This document shows positions 42,926-53,187 of a stretch of 64,000 bases of DNA, piece by piece. Every line of letters begins with the position of its first letter. Within the stretch, counting starts at the first letter, position 1. The position numbers and the translations under genes are program-made. The DNA is taken from the NCBI GenBank assembly GCA_963845755.1, contig CAWJTV010000034.1, positions 576,001 through 640,000 of the forward strand, in the 5' to 3' direction. Under the pieces are notes generated by a model, which worked only from the letters and a program-made list of their open reading frames with translations, was not told the origin of the DNA and did no database searches. The DNA is from an uncultured Planctomycetota bacterium (GTDB lineage Bacteria; Planctomycetota; Planctomycetia; Isosphaerales; Isosphaeraceae).

Positions 42926-43909
42926 TCACAATCGCAAGATCACCTTGCCGAAGACCTGATTGGATTCCATCCGCTCCTGGGCGGCATGAACATCTTTGAA
43001 CGCGAAGGTCGAATCGACCACGGGGCGAACCGTTCCGCGAGCCAGCCAGGGGACGACCTGTTCGGCAAACTGCCGCGTGGCGGCGATCTTCTCTTCGAGC
43101 GGCCGAGCTCGGAGCGTGGTCCCGACGATCGTCAGCCGTTTGCGAAGCATCAGGTTGAGGTCGAACGGGGCATTGGTGCCCCCCAGCAAGCCGACGAGCA
43201 CCAAGCGGCCCTTTGGTGCCAGCGCCGCAAGGTTTCCCGCAAGCGCTGAGGCGCCGATCAAGTCGATCACGACGTGGACCCCCGCACCGGCGGTCTCAGA
43301 CCGGACCACCGCGGCGAAGTCCTCACGAGCGGTATCGATCCCGTGATCCAGCCCCAGGAGTGCCGCTTGATCGAGCTTCGCCGTGGTCCGCGACGTGCCA
43401 AACACAGTGCAGCCCATCGCGTTGGCAACCTGGAGGACCGCCGTTCCGACGCCGCTGCCTACTGCGTGGATCAGGACGCGCTGGCCCGGCGCGAGACGAC
43501 CTTGGGTCAGCAAGGCGTCGTGCGCGGTAATAAACGCCTCGGGAACGGCCGCGGCCTCCACGAAATCCAGATTCGTCGGGATCGGCACGACCAGGCGCTC
43601 GTGGGTCAGGACGAGTTCGGCTTGCCCGCCACCGCCGACGATCCCGAAGACCCGGTCGCCCGGCTTCAGCGAACCAGTCACATCCGGACCCAGAGCATCG
43701 ACCTCGCCGGCGTACTCCAGTCCGGGAATGTCCGCCGGCACTCCCGGCGGTGCGGGATACATTCCCCGGCATTGTAAAACGTCGGCCCGGTTCAACCCGC
43801 ATGCCCGCACTCGGACCCGCACCTGCTCGCCCTTCGGTTCGGGCGTGGGGACGTCGCGAAACTGAAGCACTTCCGGTCCGCCGATGCCCGTGATGACGAT
43901 GGCTATCAT
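42926..43909 (-). CDS. NAD(P)H:quinone oxidoreductase, PIG3/MDR family
   Basis: GLNRADVLQ..G.YPAP..IPGLE, VLIHAVGSGVG, IVGTTLRAR, GKVIL. Confidence 0.92.
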   Translation of the reverse strand: MIAIVITGIGGPEVLQFRDVPTPEPKGEQVRVRVRACGLNRADVLQCRGMYPAPPGVPADIPGLEYAGEVDALGPDVTGSLKPGDRVFGIVGGGGQAELVLTHERLVVPIPTNLDFVEAAAVPEAFITAHDALLTQGRLAPGQRVLIHAVGSGVGTAVLQVANAMGCTVFGTSRTTAKLDQAALLGLDHGIDTAREDFAAVVRSETAGAGVHVVIDLIGASALAGNLAALAPKGRLVLVGLLGGTNAPFDLNLMLRKRLTIVGTTLRARPLEEKIAATRQFAEQVVPWLARGTVRPVVDSTFAFKDVHAAQERMESNQVFGKVILRL

Positions 43910-44245
43910 GGGGATGTCATTTCGTTGGGGTCGTCAAGACTGCGCTAACAGATCGGCCCGCACAAATCCTCGGACTCCGAAGAGGCTCATGTCGGGAAAT
44001 TGGTGGTGGCCTATCCTGTCGTGGCGGATGACAGCCGGACAACGCGCCTGAAGGCCCTCGGAGACCAGGTGTTCGGCCCGCGGTGGCCGGCGGTTTGGCC
44101 CTGGCCAGTCTGGTGTCCCACCGAATTCCCCCCATGCGCCACTCCTCAATCCGATCGTGCGGTCCCCCTCTGTTCCACGCGGGTTTACAATGTCATGATG
44201 GTCCAAAGATCATGGTATTTGCTTCCTGAGTGATAACCAAGCCAC

Positions 44246-45079
44246 ATGCTGACGAAGGATCCGGAGTTATTGGATTGGGATCCCGAAACGGACGTGCCTG
44301 CACTCGCGCCCGCCGAGGTTCGAGTCTGGGTCGTCGAACTCGATGCCGGTCAGGCGCCGGACGATGACCCGGATGCCGCCGAGCCCGGTCCGGAGCTGGC
44401 GATCCTCTCGGAGGACGAACGGGCTAGGGCCGCGCGGTTCGTCCGGGCGCGGGACCGGCGTCGGTTCGCACGCTGTCGCGCCGCGCTCAGGGAGATCCTC
44501 GGCCGTTTGCGGGACGAGCCAGCCAGCTCGCTGCGATTCCGGGCGGCGGCGGTGGGCAAACCGGGGCTGGATGATGGCCCGGGCGATCATCATCCCGCGC
44601 TGCGATTCAACGTCTCGCATTCGTCGCACCTGGCGCTCATCGCCGTCTGTATCGGGCGTGAGGTCGGAGTTGATATCGAGCGGATCCGGCCCATCTCGGA
44701 GGCGGTCCGGATCGTCGAGTCCTTCTTCACCGCGGCCGAGTTTGCTGAGTTCACGGCGATCGCCGAAGACGCCAGACTCATGGCCTTCCATCGGGGGTGG
44801 ACGCGGAAAGAGGCGGTTCTGAAGGGATTCGGGACGGGGATTTCCGGCCTGTCTGCGCGGCACGAGACGGGGTTCGGCTCGACTGCGCTGACGCCTCGGT
44901 TCACGCCCGCGTCTCCGTCGCCTCGAGTGGATCGGTGGATGCTGTGGGAAGCCGCGCCGCGGCCGGGATTCGTCGCCGCGCTGGCCGTTGATCAGGGGTG
45001 TGCCGCCGGACCGGAGCCAACCGGTGACCAGTCGCCGGCGCCGGATGGCTCGTTGCCCGCGCCGCCCGGGAGACCGTAG
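44246..45079 (+). CDS. Sfp-type 4'-phosphopantetheinyl transferase
   Basis: GKP, FNVSHS, VGVDIE, WTRKEAVLKG.G.G. Confidence 0.92.
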   Translation: MLTKDPELLDWDPETDVPALAPAEVRVWVVELDAGQAPDDDPDAAEPGPELAILSEDERARAARFVRARDRRRFARCRAALREILGRLRDEPASSLRFRAAAVGKPGLDDGPGDHHPALRFNVSHSSHLALIAVCIGREVGVDIERIRPISEAVRIVESFFTAAEFAEFTAIAEDARLMAFHRGWTRKEAVLKGFGTGISGLSARHETGFGSTALTPRFTPASPSPRVDRWMLWEAAPRPGFVAALAVDQGCAAGPEPTGDQSPAPDGSLPAPPGRP

Positions 45080-45186
45080 ACTAGACAGGACGGCCGCGAG
45101 GCGCGGCGCCCCTGCGGTCCTTGCGGATCGCTCGCACGCGCCGCCGGGCTGCCGAGACGTGGCCGGAAAGGCGGGTTCAGCGACCC

Positions 45187-46020
45187 ATGGAACTGGTCGT
45201 CCTCGGTCTGATCGTCCTGCTGCTGTACCTGTTCATCCGGCTGCTGACATCGTTCAGCGCCTGGATGAGTGGGGCGCGGTATCGGGCCTACCGTCATCTC
45301 GCCGTGCAACATCACGGCCGGTACGAGAGCCGGGGGCTGTCGGACCCACCCACCGTCAGCTTTAACCACAACGGGTCAACGATCCGGGTGGGCCTGGCGC
45401 CGACGGTGGCCGGTCAGCCGTCCCAGGTCCCTCGGACTCGCGTCGTTGCGCGATTCGGCCGCGGCATCCCGTTCCGGCTCGAGCTGGCTCCTGTCGCCCG
45501 CCCGGCCCCGCCTCAGGCGCCCCGGGGAACCCGGTTGGTCAAGCTCGGCGACGCGGCGTTCGACCGCGCCTTCGTCGCCCAGGCCAACGACCTGGAAATG
45601 GCCCGCGACTTCCTCGGCACTCGGGTGCGAGGCTCCGTCGGGAACTTGCAGCGAATGGTCCATCCCGGCGGGATGCTGGTTTCGATCAACCCCGAGCGGA
45701 TGCTCGTCCAGATCGACCGCAACCTCGGTCAGAGCGTTGAGGCGCTGGGCGCAGCGGTCAAGGAAGCCCTGGTCATTCACGATGGGCTGCTCGATGGCGT
45801 GTTGCGACGCATGAACCAGGGGATCGCGATCGTCGACCAGCCGGACGCCTGGGTCGAGGACACCGGCCCTCCCATCTGCAAGGTCTGCGGCGAGCCGATC
45901 CAGGCCTGCGCCGTCATCGTCTGTGCCTCTTGCAATACGCCTCATCACCGCGATTGCTGGGAATACGTCGGCGCCTGCTCGATCTACGGCTGCAACGGGA
46001 AAGTCGGTGTGACGGAGTAG
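45187..46020 (+). CDS. Membrane-anchored protein with C-terminal prokaryotic RING finger (Prok-RING_1-like)
   Basis: N-terminal TM MELVVLGLIVLLLYLF; C-terminal CKVC-x11-CASCNTPHHRDCW-x5-CSIYGC. Confidence 0.8.
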   Translation: MELVVLGLIVLLLYLFIRLLTSFSAWMSGARYRAYRHLAVQHHGRYESRGLSDPPTVSFNHNGSTIRVGLAPTVAGQPSQVPRTRVVARFGRGIPFRLELAPVARPAPPQAPRGTRLVKLGDAAFDRAFVAQANDLEMARDFLGTRVRGSVGNLQRMVHPGGMLVSINPERMLVQIDRNLGQSVEALGAAVKEALVIHDGLLDGVLRRMNQGIAIVDQPDAWVEDTGPPICKVCGEPIQACAVIVCASCNTPHHRDCWEYVGACSIYGCNGKVGVTE

Positions 46021-46085
46021 GACGTAGCGTCCGCTTTCGCGACGTATTTCACCGTGGTCTCCTCGTGGGAAATGGAGATATCCCC

Positions 46086-46502
46086 ATGAATTCGCCGCGA
46101 CGAAGCCGATTCGTCATTCTGTCGTTCGTACTGGCGTTCCTGTCGATCGCCCCAGCCGCGCCCGACGCGCCGCCCCAGCCCTCGCCGCTGGCCAATGCCC
46201 GGTACCAGTCGGCCCTCAAGCAGTACGAGATTGCCTGGTCCTATTATCAGCAGGCCCGGATCGACTCGTATCAGGTCTACGTCTGGTCGCGGCTGATTGT
46301 GGACTCGCGCCGCGACCAGAGCAGCAAGCCGGCCGACCGGATCGCCGCCCTGGAGGAGCACCTCGACCGGATGAAAAAGCTCGAGACTCTGATCATCAAG
46401 ATCCGACGTCTGGGTTTCGGACGGTCGTCCGACGTCGGCGCTTCGGAGTATTACCGCCTGGAGGCCGAGGTCTGGCTGGACCAGGCACGAAGCGGACGGT
46501 AG
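46086..46502 (+). CDS. Hypothetical secreted helical protein
   Basis: Signal peptide RRSRFVILSFVLAFLSIAPA; GGAG RBS. Confidence 0.6.
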   Translation: MNSPRRSRFVILSFVLAFLSIAPAAPDAPPQPSPLANARYQSALKQYEIAWSYYQQARIDSYQVYVWSRLIVDSRRDQSSKPADRIAALEEHLDRMKKLETLIIKIRRLGFGRSSDVGASEYYRLEAEVWLDQARSGR

Positions 46503-46686
46503 TCGTTGGCAATGCGTGGCTGGCTGGAAAGACAGTTCTCGCGCTTGGTTCGCTTTCGAATCAGAGGGCGGATCTTCCGCCGAATGCCCATCTCACGGGA
46601 ATAATAACCCCTCGAGAAGGGGTCTCCAGGGATGAGCCCCAATCCTGGGTACCGAAAGCCTGTTGACACGGAACTTGCACGGCAGC

Positions 46687-46703
46687 GGGGCATGGAATCT
46701 GCA
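46687..46703 (+). promoter_or_regulatory. Possible sigma54 -24/-12 site
   Basis: GGGGCATGGAATCTGCA has GG-N10-GC spacing; a similar TGACACGGAACTTGCA lies just upstream. Confidence 0.3.
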
Positions 46704-46825
46704 TGACTATAAATAACCAAAGCAGGGATGCGCCGGAATCCGGCCGAGAAGGCGTCCCGATCGAGCTTCGCGGAGCAATGCTCCCCGTGTGGAACTGCGA
46801 ACGCAACCTTATCAAGGACATTCCA

Positions 46826-47773
46826 ATGTTTTCACCACTGCGGGGCGGAATCCGATTCCCCCTGACGGCCGTTGGCTTGGCCTTTGTTATCTGGGTCCCG
46901 TCCGGTTCGCTGGCCATGGCCCAAGGAGGAGGGGCCGGTGGCGCCGGTGGGGGAAGTGCCGGTGGCGGAGGGATCGGCGGCGGCCAGGCGGCCGGTGGTA
47001 TGGGTGGCATGGGTCACATGGGTGCCTTTGGTATGAGCGGTGCCAGTGCAGGCAATGTCGGTGGCTGGGGTGGTACGGGTGGCACGAACAACATGGGCGG
47101 CATCGGCAACGTGGCGGGCACAAGCGGCCTGAGCGGTTACGGTTACGGCTACGCCAATGGCGGTCCGGGCTATGGCAATCCGGGCTTGTCACCCGGCTAT
47201 CCGGGTGGTGGCGCCTACGGCTCGGGATACGGTGGTTACGGTTACGGCTCTCCCTATGGCGGCGGTGCTGCGATGGGTTATGGCTATCCGAATGCAGGCG
47301 GCGTCGGGCGGGCCTGGGGCGGCTGTGGCTCCCCGTACTATAGTGGCGCTCCGATGGGCTATGTCTATCCGTATTATGGTGGCTATGGGATGGGCTACGG
47401 CTATCCCAACACGACGGTGGCTTACACCGCGCCCACGGCGGGTTTCGGCTATTCATCGGCCTACGTGTCTCCGGCCACGGGAGCCACCAACGCGGTAGCC
47501 CGAGGCCATTATCTCGGAATCGACGAGGAGCCGGTGATCGACACCGGGGGCGTGCGTAGCATCAAGGTCGCCAAGGTCTATCCCGGCACCGCAGCGGAGC
47601 AGGCGGGTCTTCATGTCGGCGACGTGCTGCACTCGATCAATGGTTACCTTACTCAACAGCGCGGAAACCTGGCCTGGATCATTGCCAATGCGGCTCCCGA
47701 CAAGATCCTCAAGATGAACGTGCACACGGTGCGTGATGGCAAGGAGTACACCGTCACGGCCCGGGTTCCATGA
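46826..47773 (+). CDS. Secreted Gly/Tyr-rich protein with C-terminal PDZ domain
   Basis: Signal peptide, long G/Y/M low-complexity tract, then YLGI..VYPGTAAEQAGLHVGDVLHSING. Confidence 0.78.
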   Translation: MFSPLRGGIRFPLTAVGLAFVIWVPSGSLAMAQGGGAGGAGGGSAGGGGIGGGQAAGGMGGMGHMGAFGMSGASAGNVGGWGGTGGTNNMGGIGNVAGTSGLSGYGYGYANGGPGYGNPGLSPGYPGGGAYGSGYGGYGYGSPYGGGAAMGYGYPNAGGVGRAWGGCGSPYYSGAPMGYVYPYYGGYGMGYGYPNTTVAYTAPTAGFGYSSAYVSPATGATNAVARGHYLGIDEEPVIDTGGVRSIKVAKVYPGTAAEQAGLHVGDVLHSINGYLTQQRGNLAWIIANAAPDKILKMNVHTVRDGKEYTVTARVP

Positions 47774-47923
47774 TCGGACGTCAGTATGACGTGGAGTCTG
47801 GGTTGGGAGTCCCCGGATCTGGCGGGAATCGAAACTGCCGAGACCAGTGAAGAAGGGGACAGGCGCCTCGCAGACTCGGAGGCAGTCCCCTCTCGTTTCA
47901 GGGTTCTACTCTTTCCGGGCGGT

Positions 47924-50283
47924 TCACTCCGGATCGCGCGGAGTATTGCTGTTGCGGCTGGGCGATTCGGCACCGCTTTGTTTGGGGCTCGACCGTGGAC
48001 GAGACTTGCGCTTTGGTGTCGGCGTCACGCCGGATTGCGAGCCGAGCCTTCGTTCCAGGGTCCGTGTCGCCTTTCGGGCGGCCGCCTTGAGACGCGAATC
48101 GGGGCTCTGTTGGGCGTCGCGTAGTTCGGGTAGGCATTTCTCGGTACCGACGGTTTCTAGCATCAGGCAGGCCAAGGTGCGCGCCTGATCGGAGCCGTTC
48201 TCCAGGAGCTTCAGCAGGGCCGGCTCCGCCGCGGGCCCGTAGTTTCGAACGGCCGTCCGAACCTCCCTCTCCAACGGGCGTTCCTCGACCAGGGCAACGA
48301 TTTTGTCGATGACCTCCAGGTCCTTGGCCTTGCTCAGTGCCTTGATCGCCGCGGAACGCACGGAGGAGTTCTGGTTGTCGAGGAGCGCGCGGAGCGCGTG
48401 AAGGTCGCTCGGCCTGGCCCAGACGCCCAGCACGCCGAGGGCGTTCTCCCGAACGGAGGCGTTTGGATCGGCGAACAGGCTCATCATCGTCAACACCACG
48501 GCTTTCTGGAAGTTCGGATCCACCGGTTCCTTCGCGAGTTTCTGGAGCGCGCTGATGCGCGTTGAGGAATCGCCCTCCTTGGCCGTCTTCAAGGCCCGCG
48601 GGATCGTCTCGCTACGGGCGAGGTCGCGGCCGTGGATGATGGCGTCGGCGATGGCTTTTCGCGTCTTGGGGTCGGCCTCGTTCTGGAGTCGATCGAGAGC
48701 TTCCTGAACGTGTTTCTTGACAAAGGGATTGTCCGACCAGATCTCCATGGTCAGTGCGGGGAGGTTATCGATCGTCGCCCATTTCACGAGGGCGCGCACG
48801 GCCGCGGTGGGTTCCCTCAGCTCGTCCCTGGGCTGCGTCAGCATCAATTCCAGGGCCTTGGCGATCTCCGCCCGGAGCGGTTCATCGGCAGTCGGGCCGA
48901 TACCGGCCAGCAGGGCAGCGGCCTGCATCCGGCTAAATGTCGTATTACCCCGAAGTCCTTCGAGAGCGGAGACCACGATGTGAGATGATGCTCTCGCGGG
49001 GGCAGGAGCTTCCGGAGGGGCAAGCGCAGTGGGCGCGTCTTCCTTCGTGGCGAAGGGTGCCATCGGCGTAACCGCCGGGGGCGTAATCACACGGGCGCGG
49101 CGCCCTTGGTCGCGGCGAGGTTGACCGGCCGGTTCACGCCCCGGGACTGGAGCTGCATCTGTGCCCGTTCGCGAGCTTTTTCGATCGCTGGCAGCAACAT
49201 CGCAATCATCGCGCCGACCAGGGCGGCCGGAGCGACGAGCCCGAAAATCATCAGCGCCCACGCCGCGAGCGGAGTCTTCGGAACGGTCCGCTCGGCCATC
49301 GGAATGCCGATCGCCTCGGAGTAAGGGTCTTCGACCACGGTCGTGCGCGGCTTCGCGCCGGGTGCGAACGACCGCCGGTACTGCGCCGTGATCGTCAGGA
49401 CGAACCAGGGGACCGTGACCAGTAAACCGAGGAACACGAACAGCATTCCCGAGCCGGCGATCACCGCGATGGCGATGTAGAAGAGCACGCCCGTTAACCA
49501 CTCGCGCCGGAGCGTGCGGAAGCTCGTTGACAAGGCCGCGACCGCTCCCATCCGGCCGTCTACGATCAGGTGCAACGTGAACATCGACAGCGCCGCGACG
49601 ATCAGTCCAGGGACGATCAGGAAAACACCGCCGATCATCGTCAGGATGTTAACAAGGATCATCCCTTTGAACACTCGTACCGCATTTCCCGGCCCTCCGA
49701 GAGCGAACATGTCGCCGATCCCGATCTCGCGGCCATCGATCTGCTTCAAAGCCATTCGGATGAGGCCCGCGCCCAACCAGCCCTGTATTCCCACGTTGAG
49801 CAGGAAAAATACCGGCATCACGAATGGGAACGGGTGCGGTCCAAGGAGGTACACTTCCGCGAGGTACAACCCGACCATCAGCGCCTGGAGGAAGATTCCC
49901 ACGCCGGCGATCAGCACGAACATCACGAAGGTGGCGAGCACCCAGGTGACGAACTCCGATCGCAGCAATTGCCATCCTAATCCAATGGCACCATACGAGA
50001 GGACTCGGCCGGATGGCCCGTCGGGCACATTCAGATCCTCCTCCCAAACGTCCTCGTGGTCGCTGCTGGGCTTCGAGTTGAGAACCGCCACCGGCATCGG
50101 TGGTGGCACGGATCGGGAGTCGCTCTTGTGGACCGTATCCGCCAGCGGATTTGCCGGGGACCCCGACGGGACCACCACGGCGGTTCCGCACCACGGACAC
50201 TTCCCAGGGCGTCCCGCGGAGTCGTCCGTCACGGTCAGGTTCTTGGCGCAGGACTCGTTCGGGCAACGGAATCGGATTGACAT
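47924..50283 (-). CDS. Zn-ribbon + multi-TM + HEAT-repeat protein (frameshift near 49100)
   Basis: MSIRFRCPNESC..GKCPWCG; TM block; HEAT repeats such as DPNASVRENALGVL and DNQNSSVRSAAIKAL. Confidence 0.65.
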
Positions 50284-50860
50284 CGTTGTCTCGTCCAGAA
50301 GGAAGACCTTGGGGTGGTCGCTCGAATCATCGCTTGCTATCGTAAATCCGAGCATTGAGGAAGACCGCTGCCAGATGAAGCGGTTCATGTCGATAATCTA
50401 GAACTCGCTCGGCCCGGAGGGGCGTCCCACGGTCCAGCCTCGGTGCGGAGTATCACCGTTAGTGTGCCGAGTTCCCGGCTCAGCAAACGTAAATGGAGTC
50501 CGCTGTATCGGTCGGGGCCATCCACCGATCGAATTGGCCCTCGCGATGATCTGGGCGTTCATGATCGCCATGTGCGCAGGTGGGTCGAACCTCGAACGCC
50601 CCTGATATCGTTCGGAAAGATCGAGGCAACCCAGGCGCGAAGGACGACCGTCTCCTCGGTCAAACCCGTCTTCGGGTCTCTGCCGGCGGGTTCTCGTACG
50701 GCAATCCCACGTACTCCGAAAAGAGTGGGTTCGGCAGCGCGACACATCGGCCTTCAGCTCTGTACTTGAGGCTCTCCGGGACGTTCCGCTCTTGACGCCG
50801 CTCGCGTAATCGGGATGTTACCAAGAAGGAGATCTTCGAATGCGGGGAGTCACGCGCACC

Positions 50861-52246
50861 ATGAACACATGGCTGAAGAATCTGGGGCTGGACCGTCCGG
50901 AGCTCCGGGCCTGGGCGATGTACGACTGGGCGAACTCGGCGATGGTATGCACGATCATCACGGCCGTATTCCCCATTTATTATTCGAGTGTGGCTTGCGG
51001 CGGGGTGATGAAGGAAGAGGGGGCGACGCGCTGGTACGCCATCGCGACGACCGTCGGGATGGTCATCATCGCCGTGATCTCGCCGCTGCTGGGTACCATG
51101 GCCGATTTCAACGGCCGGAAGAAACGGATGCTCGGCGGGTTTCTGACGCTCGGGGTCGGATCGGTCGCCGCGATGTTCTTTATCTACAAGGGCAACTGGA
51201 TCCTGGCCTCGATCCTCTTCATCCTGGCCAACATCGGAGCCAATGGCAGCTTCGTCTTCTACGATGCGCTGTTACCCCACATCGCTCGCAAGGATGAGGT
51301 CAACCGAGTCTCGACAGCCGGCTACGCCCTGGGCTACCTCGGCGGCGGCGTGCTGCTCGCAATGAACCTGGCCTGGATCCAGAAGCCGGAGTGGTTCGGG
51401 CTGCCGTCAGGGGAGAATCTGACGATGGCCCAGGCCACGCTCCCCGCGCGGCTGTCGTTCGTGTCGGTGGCGATCTGGTGGCTGGTCTTCTCGATCCCGC
51501 TGTTCCGTCGCGTGCCGGAGCCCAGGGCGACCGGGTTGCCCGTCGGGTACGAAGCCGAGGCCGGTTCGTCGCTCCCGATCCGAGCGGCCGTCGCCCGGTT
51601 GGGCGAGACGTTTCGAGCCCTACGCCGTTATCGCCAGGCGTTCGTCATGCTTCTGGCCTTCCTGATCTTCAACGACGGCATCGGCACGATCATGCGGATG
51701 GCGACCATCTACGCGACCGAGCTCAAGATCGATCAGGGGATCACGATCGCCTCGATCCTGATCGTGCAGTTCGTCGGCATCCCGTTTGCTTTCCTCTTCG
51801 GGATGCTGGCCGGCCGGATCGGCGCCAAGCTCTCGATCGCGCTGGGGCTACTGGTCTACGTGGGGATCTGCGTTTTCGGCTACTTCATGACCAATGGTAC
51901 GCATTTCCTGATCCTGGCCATCCTGGTCGGAACCGTGCAGGGAGGAACCCAGGCCCTGAGCCGCTCTCTCTTCGCCACGTTGATCCCGCGCGACAAGTCG
52001 GGCGAGTTCTTCGGATTCTTCGGCGTCGCCGAGAAATTCGCCGGGATCTTCGGGCCGGCCATCTTCGCCGTGATCAACTTCCTGAGCGGCTCCAGCCGCG
52101 GCGCGATCATCTCGGTCATCGCGTTCTTCATCGTCGGCGGCGGATTGCTCGCGATGGTTGATGTCCCGGAGGGTCAGCGAATCGCTCGCGAGGAAGAGGA
52201 TCATACCGACCACACACGGACGGCACTCGACCTCGAATCGAGCTGA
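50861..52246 (+). CDS. MFS transporter, UMF1/Atg22 family
   Basis: AWAMYDWANSA, FYDALLP, GYALGYLGG, FNDGIGT, GGTQALSRSLF..EFFGF. Confidence 0.9.
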   Translation: MNTWLKNLGLDRPELRAWAMYDWANSAMVCTIITAVFPIYYSSVACGGVMKEEGATRWYAIATTVGMVIIAVISPLLGTMADFNGRKKRMLGGFLTLGVGSVAAMFFIYKGNWILASILFILANIGANGSFVFYDALLPHIARKDEVNRVSTAGYALGYLGGGVLLAMNLAWIQKPEWFGLPSGENLTMAQATLPARLSFVSVAIWWLVFSIPLFRRVPEPRATGLPVGYEAEAGSSLPIRAAVARLGETFRALRRYRQAFVMLLAFLIFNDGIGTIMRMATIYATELKIDQGITIASILIVQFVGIPFAFLFGMLAGRIGAKLSIALGLLVYVGICVFGYFMTNGTHFLILAILVGTVQGGTQALSRSLFATLIPRDKSGEFFGFFGVAEKFAGIFGPAIFAVINFLSGSSRGAIISVIAFFIVGGGLLAMVDVPEGQRIAREEEDHTDHTRTALDLESS

Positions 52247-52264
52247 CCGCCGTGCCGCCGTCTC

Positions 52265-53081
52265 TCATAATTCCTGTTCGGGACTGGCTGGTGTCCGCTT
52301 CACCCAGTGGGCCACGCTGATCGCCCACGACGCACCAGGTAGAGCACGGGGTAGCTCAACGAAGCCCAGGTCCCCCACAGCGTGGCCGCATCCCGTTGTG
52401 ATGCCGAGTCCGGTAGATTGTAGATCATCCAGACCAATGAGAAGGTCCAGGGGATGCCGAGGATCGACATGAACCGGTTGAACTTGCCCGGCAATGAGGG
52501 GTACAGGTAGCGGGACGGTACGAATGTGAGCAGGGCCAGCACGACGACGACCGCCAGCGAGACCCAGCTCCCGAACGGCAGTGCGTAGAGATACACGGCC
52601 ACCACGTTCCAGAGCGACGGGAAGCCGAGGAAATAGCCGTCGTCGGTCTTGGCCTGGACCTGGCAGAAGCCATAGGCACTGGCCACTAATGGGAGGAAGA
52701 GCCAGGCTTCATATCCGGCTGGCAGGATCCCCGCGCGATAGATCAGCATCAAGGGAAGGAACGTGTAGGTCAGGAAATCGATGATATCGTCCAGGCGGCG
52801 GCCATCGAAGCTGGGAACGGCCTCCTTGATCCGGACCCGCCGCGCCAGTGTGCCGTCGGTCGCGTCGACGACCGTGGCGATCACCATCAGCAAGAACGAC
52901 CCGCGAAACGCACCGGTCCTCCGTGGATGAGCAACACCGCGATCATCCCGGCGAGGATCAGTCCCAGCCCTGTGTAGGCGTGGACGCACCAACCCTGGAC
53001 CCGTTGGAGCAGCCCCGGCGCACGCCACTCGCGCTTCGGTTTCGCCACTTTCCGACGTCTACGTACTTGCAACTTGACCAT
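52265..53081 (-). CDS. pcs: Phosphatidylcholine synthase (CDP-alcohol phosphatidyltransferase) (frameshifts near 52915 and 52335)
   Basis: VHAYTG.G, DATDGTLARR..FDGRRLDDIIDFLTY, KTDDGYFLGFPSLWN, LTFVP..YLYP match the Pcs subfamily. Confidence 0.82.
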
Positions 53082-53187
53082 CGAAGCCTCCTGGGGTACG
53101 CCCCGGCAGGATGAACGATGACTCAACCCGGTCTGACTCAACCTTCATCGTTCCCATCCCATCCCTGCCCCATGCAGGGTGAGGGAC

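Noticed and set aside
44246..45079. Secondary-metabolite cluster around the Sfp-type PPTase
   Set aside because: No NRPS, PKS or carrier-protein genes are present in the window.
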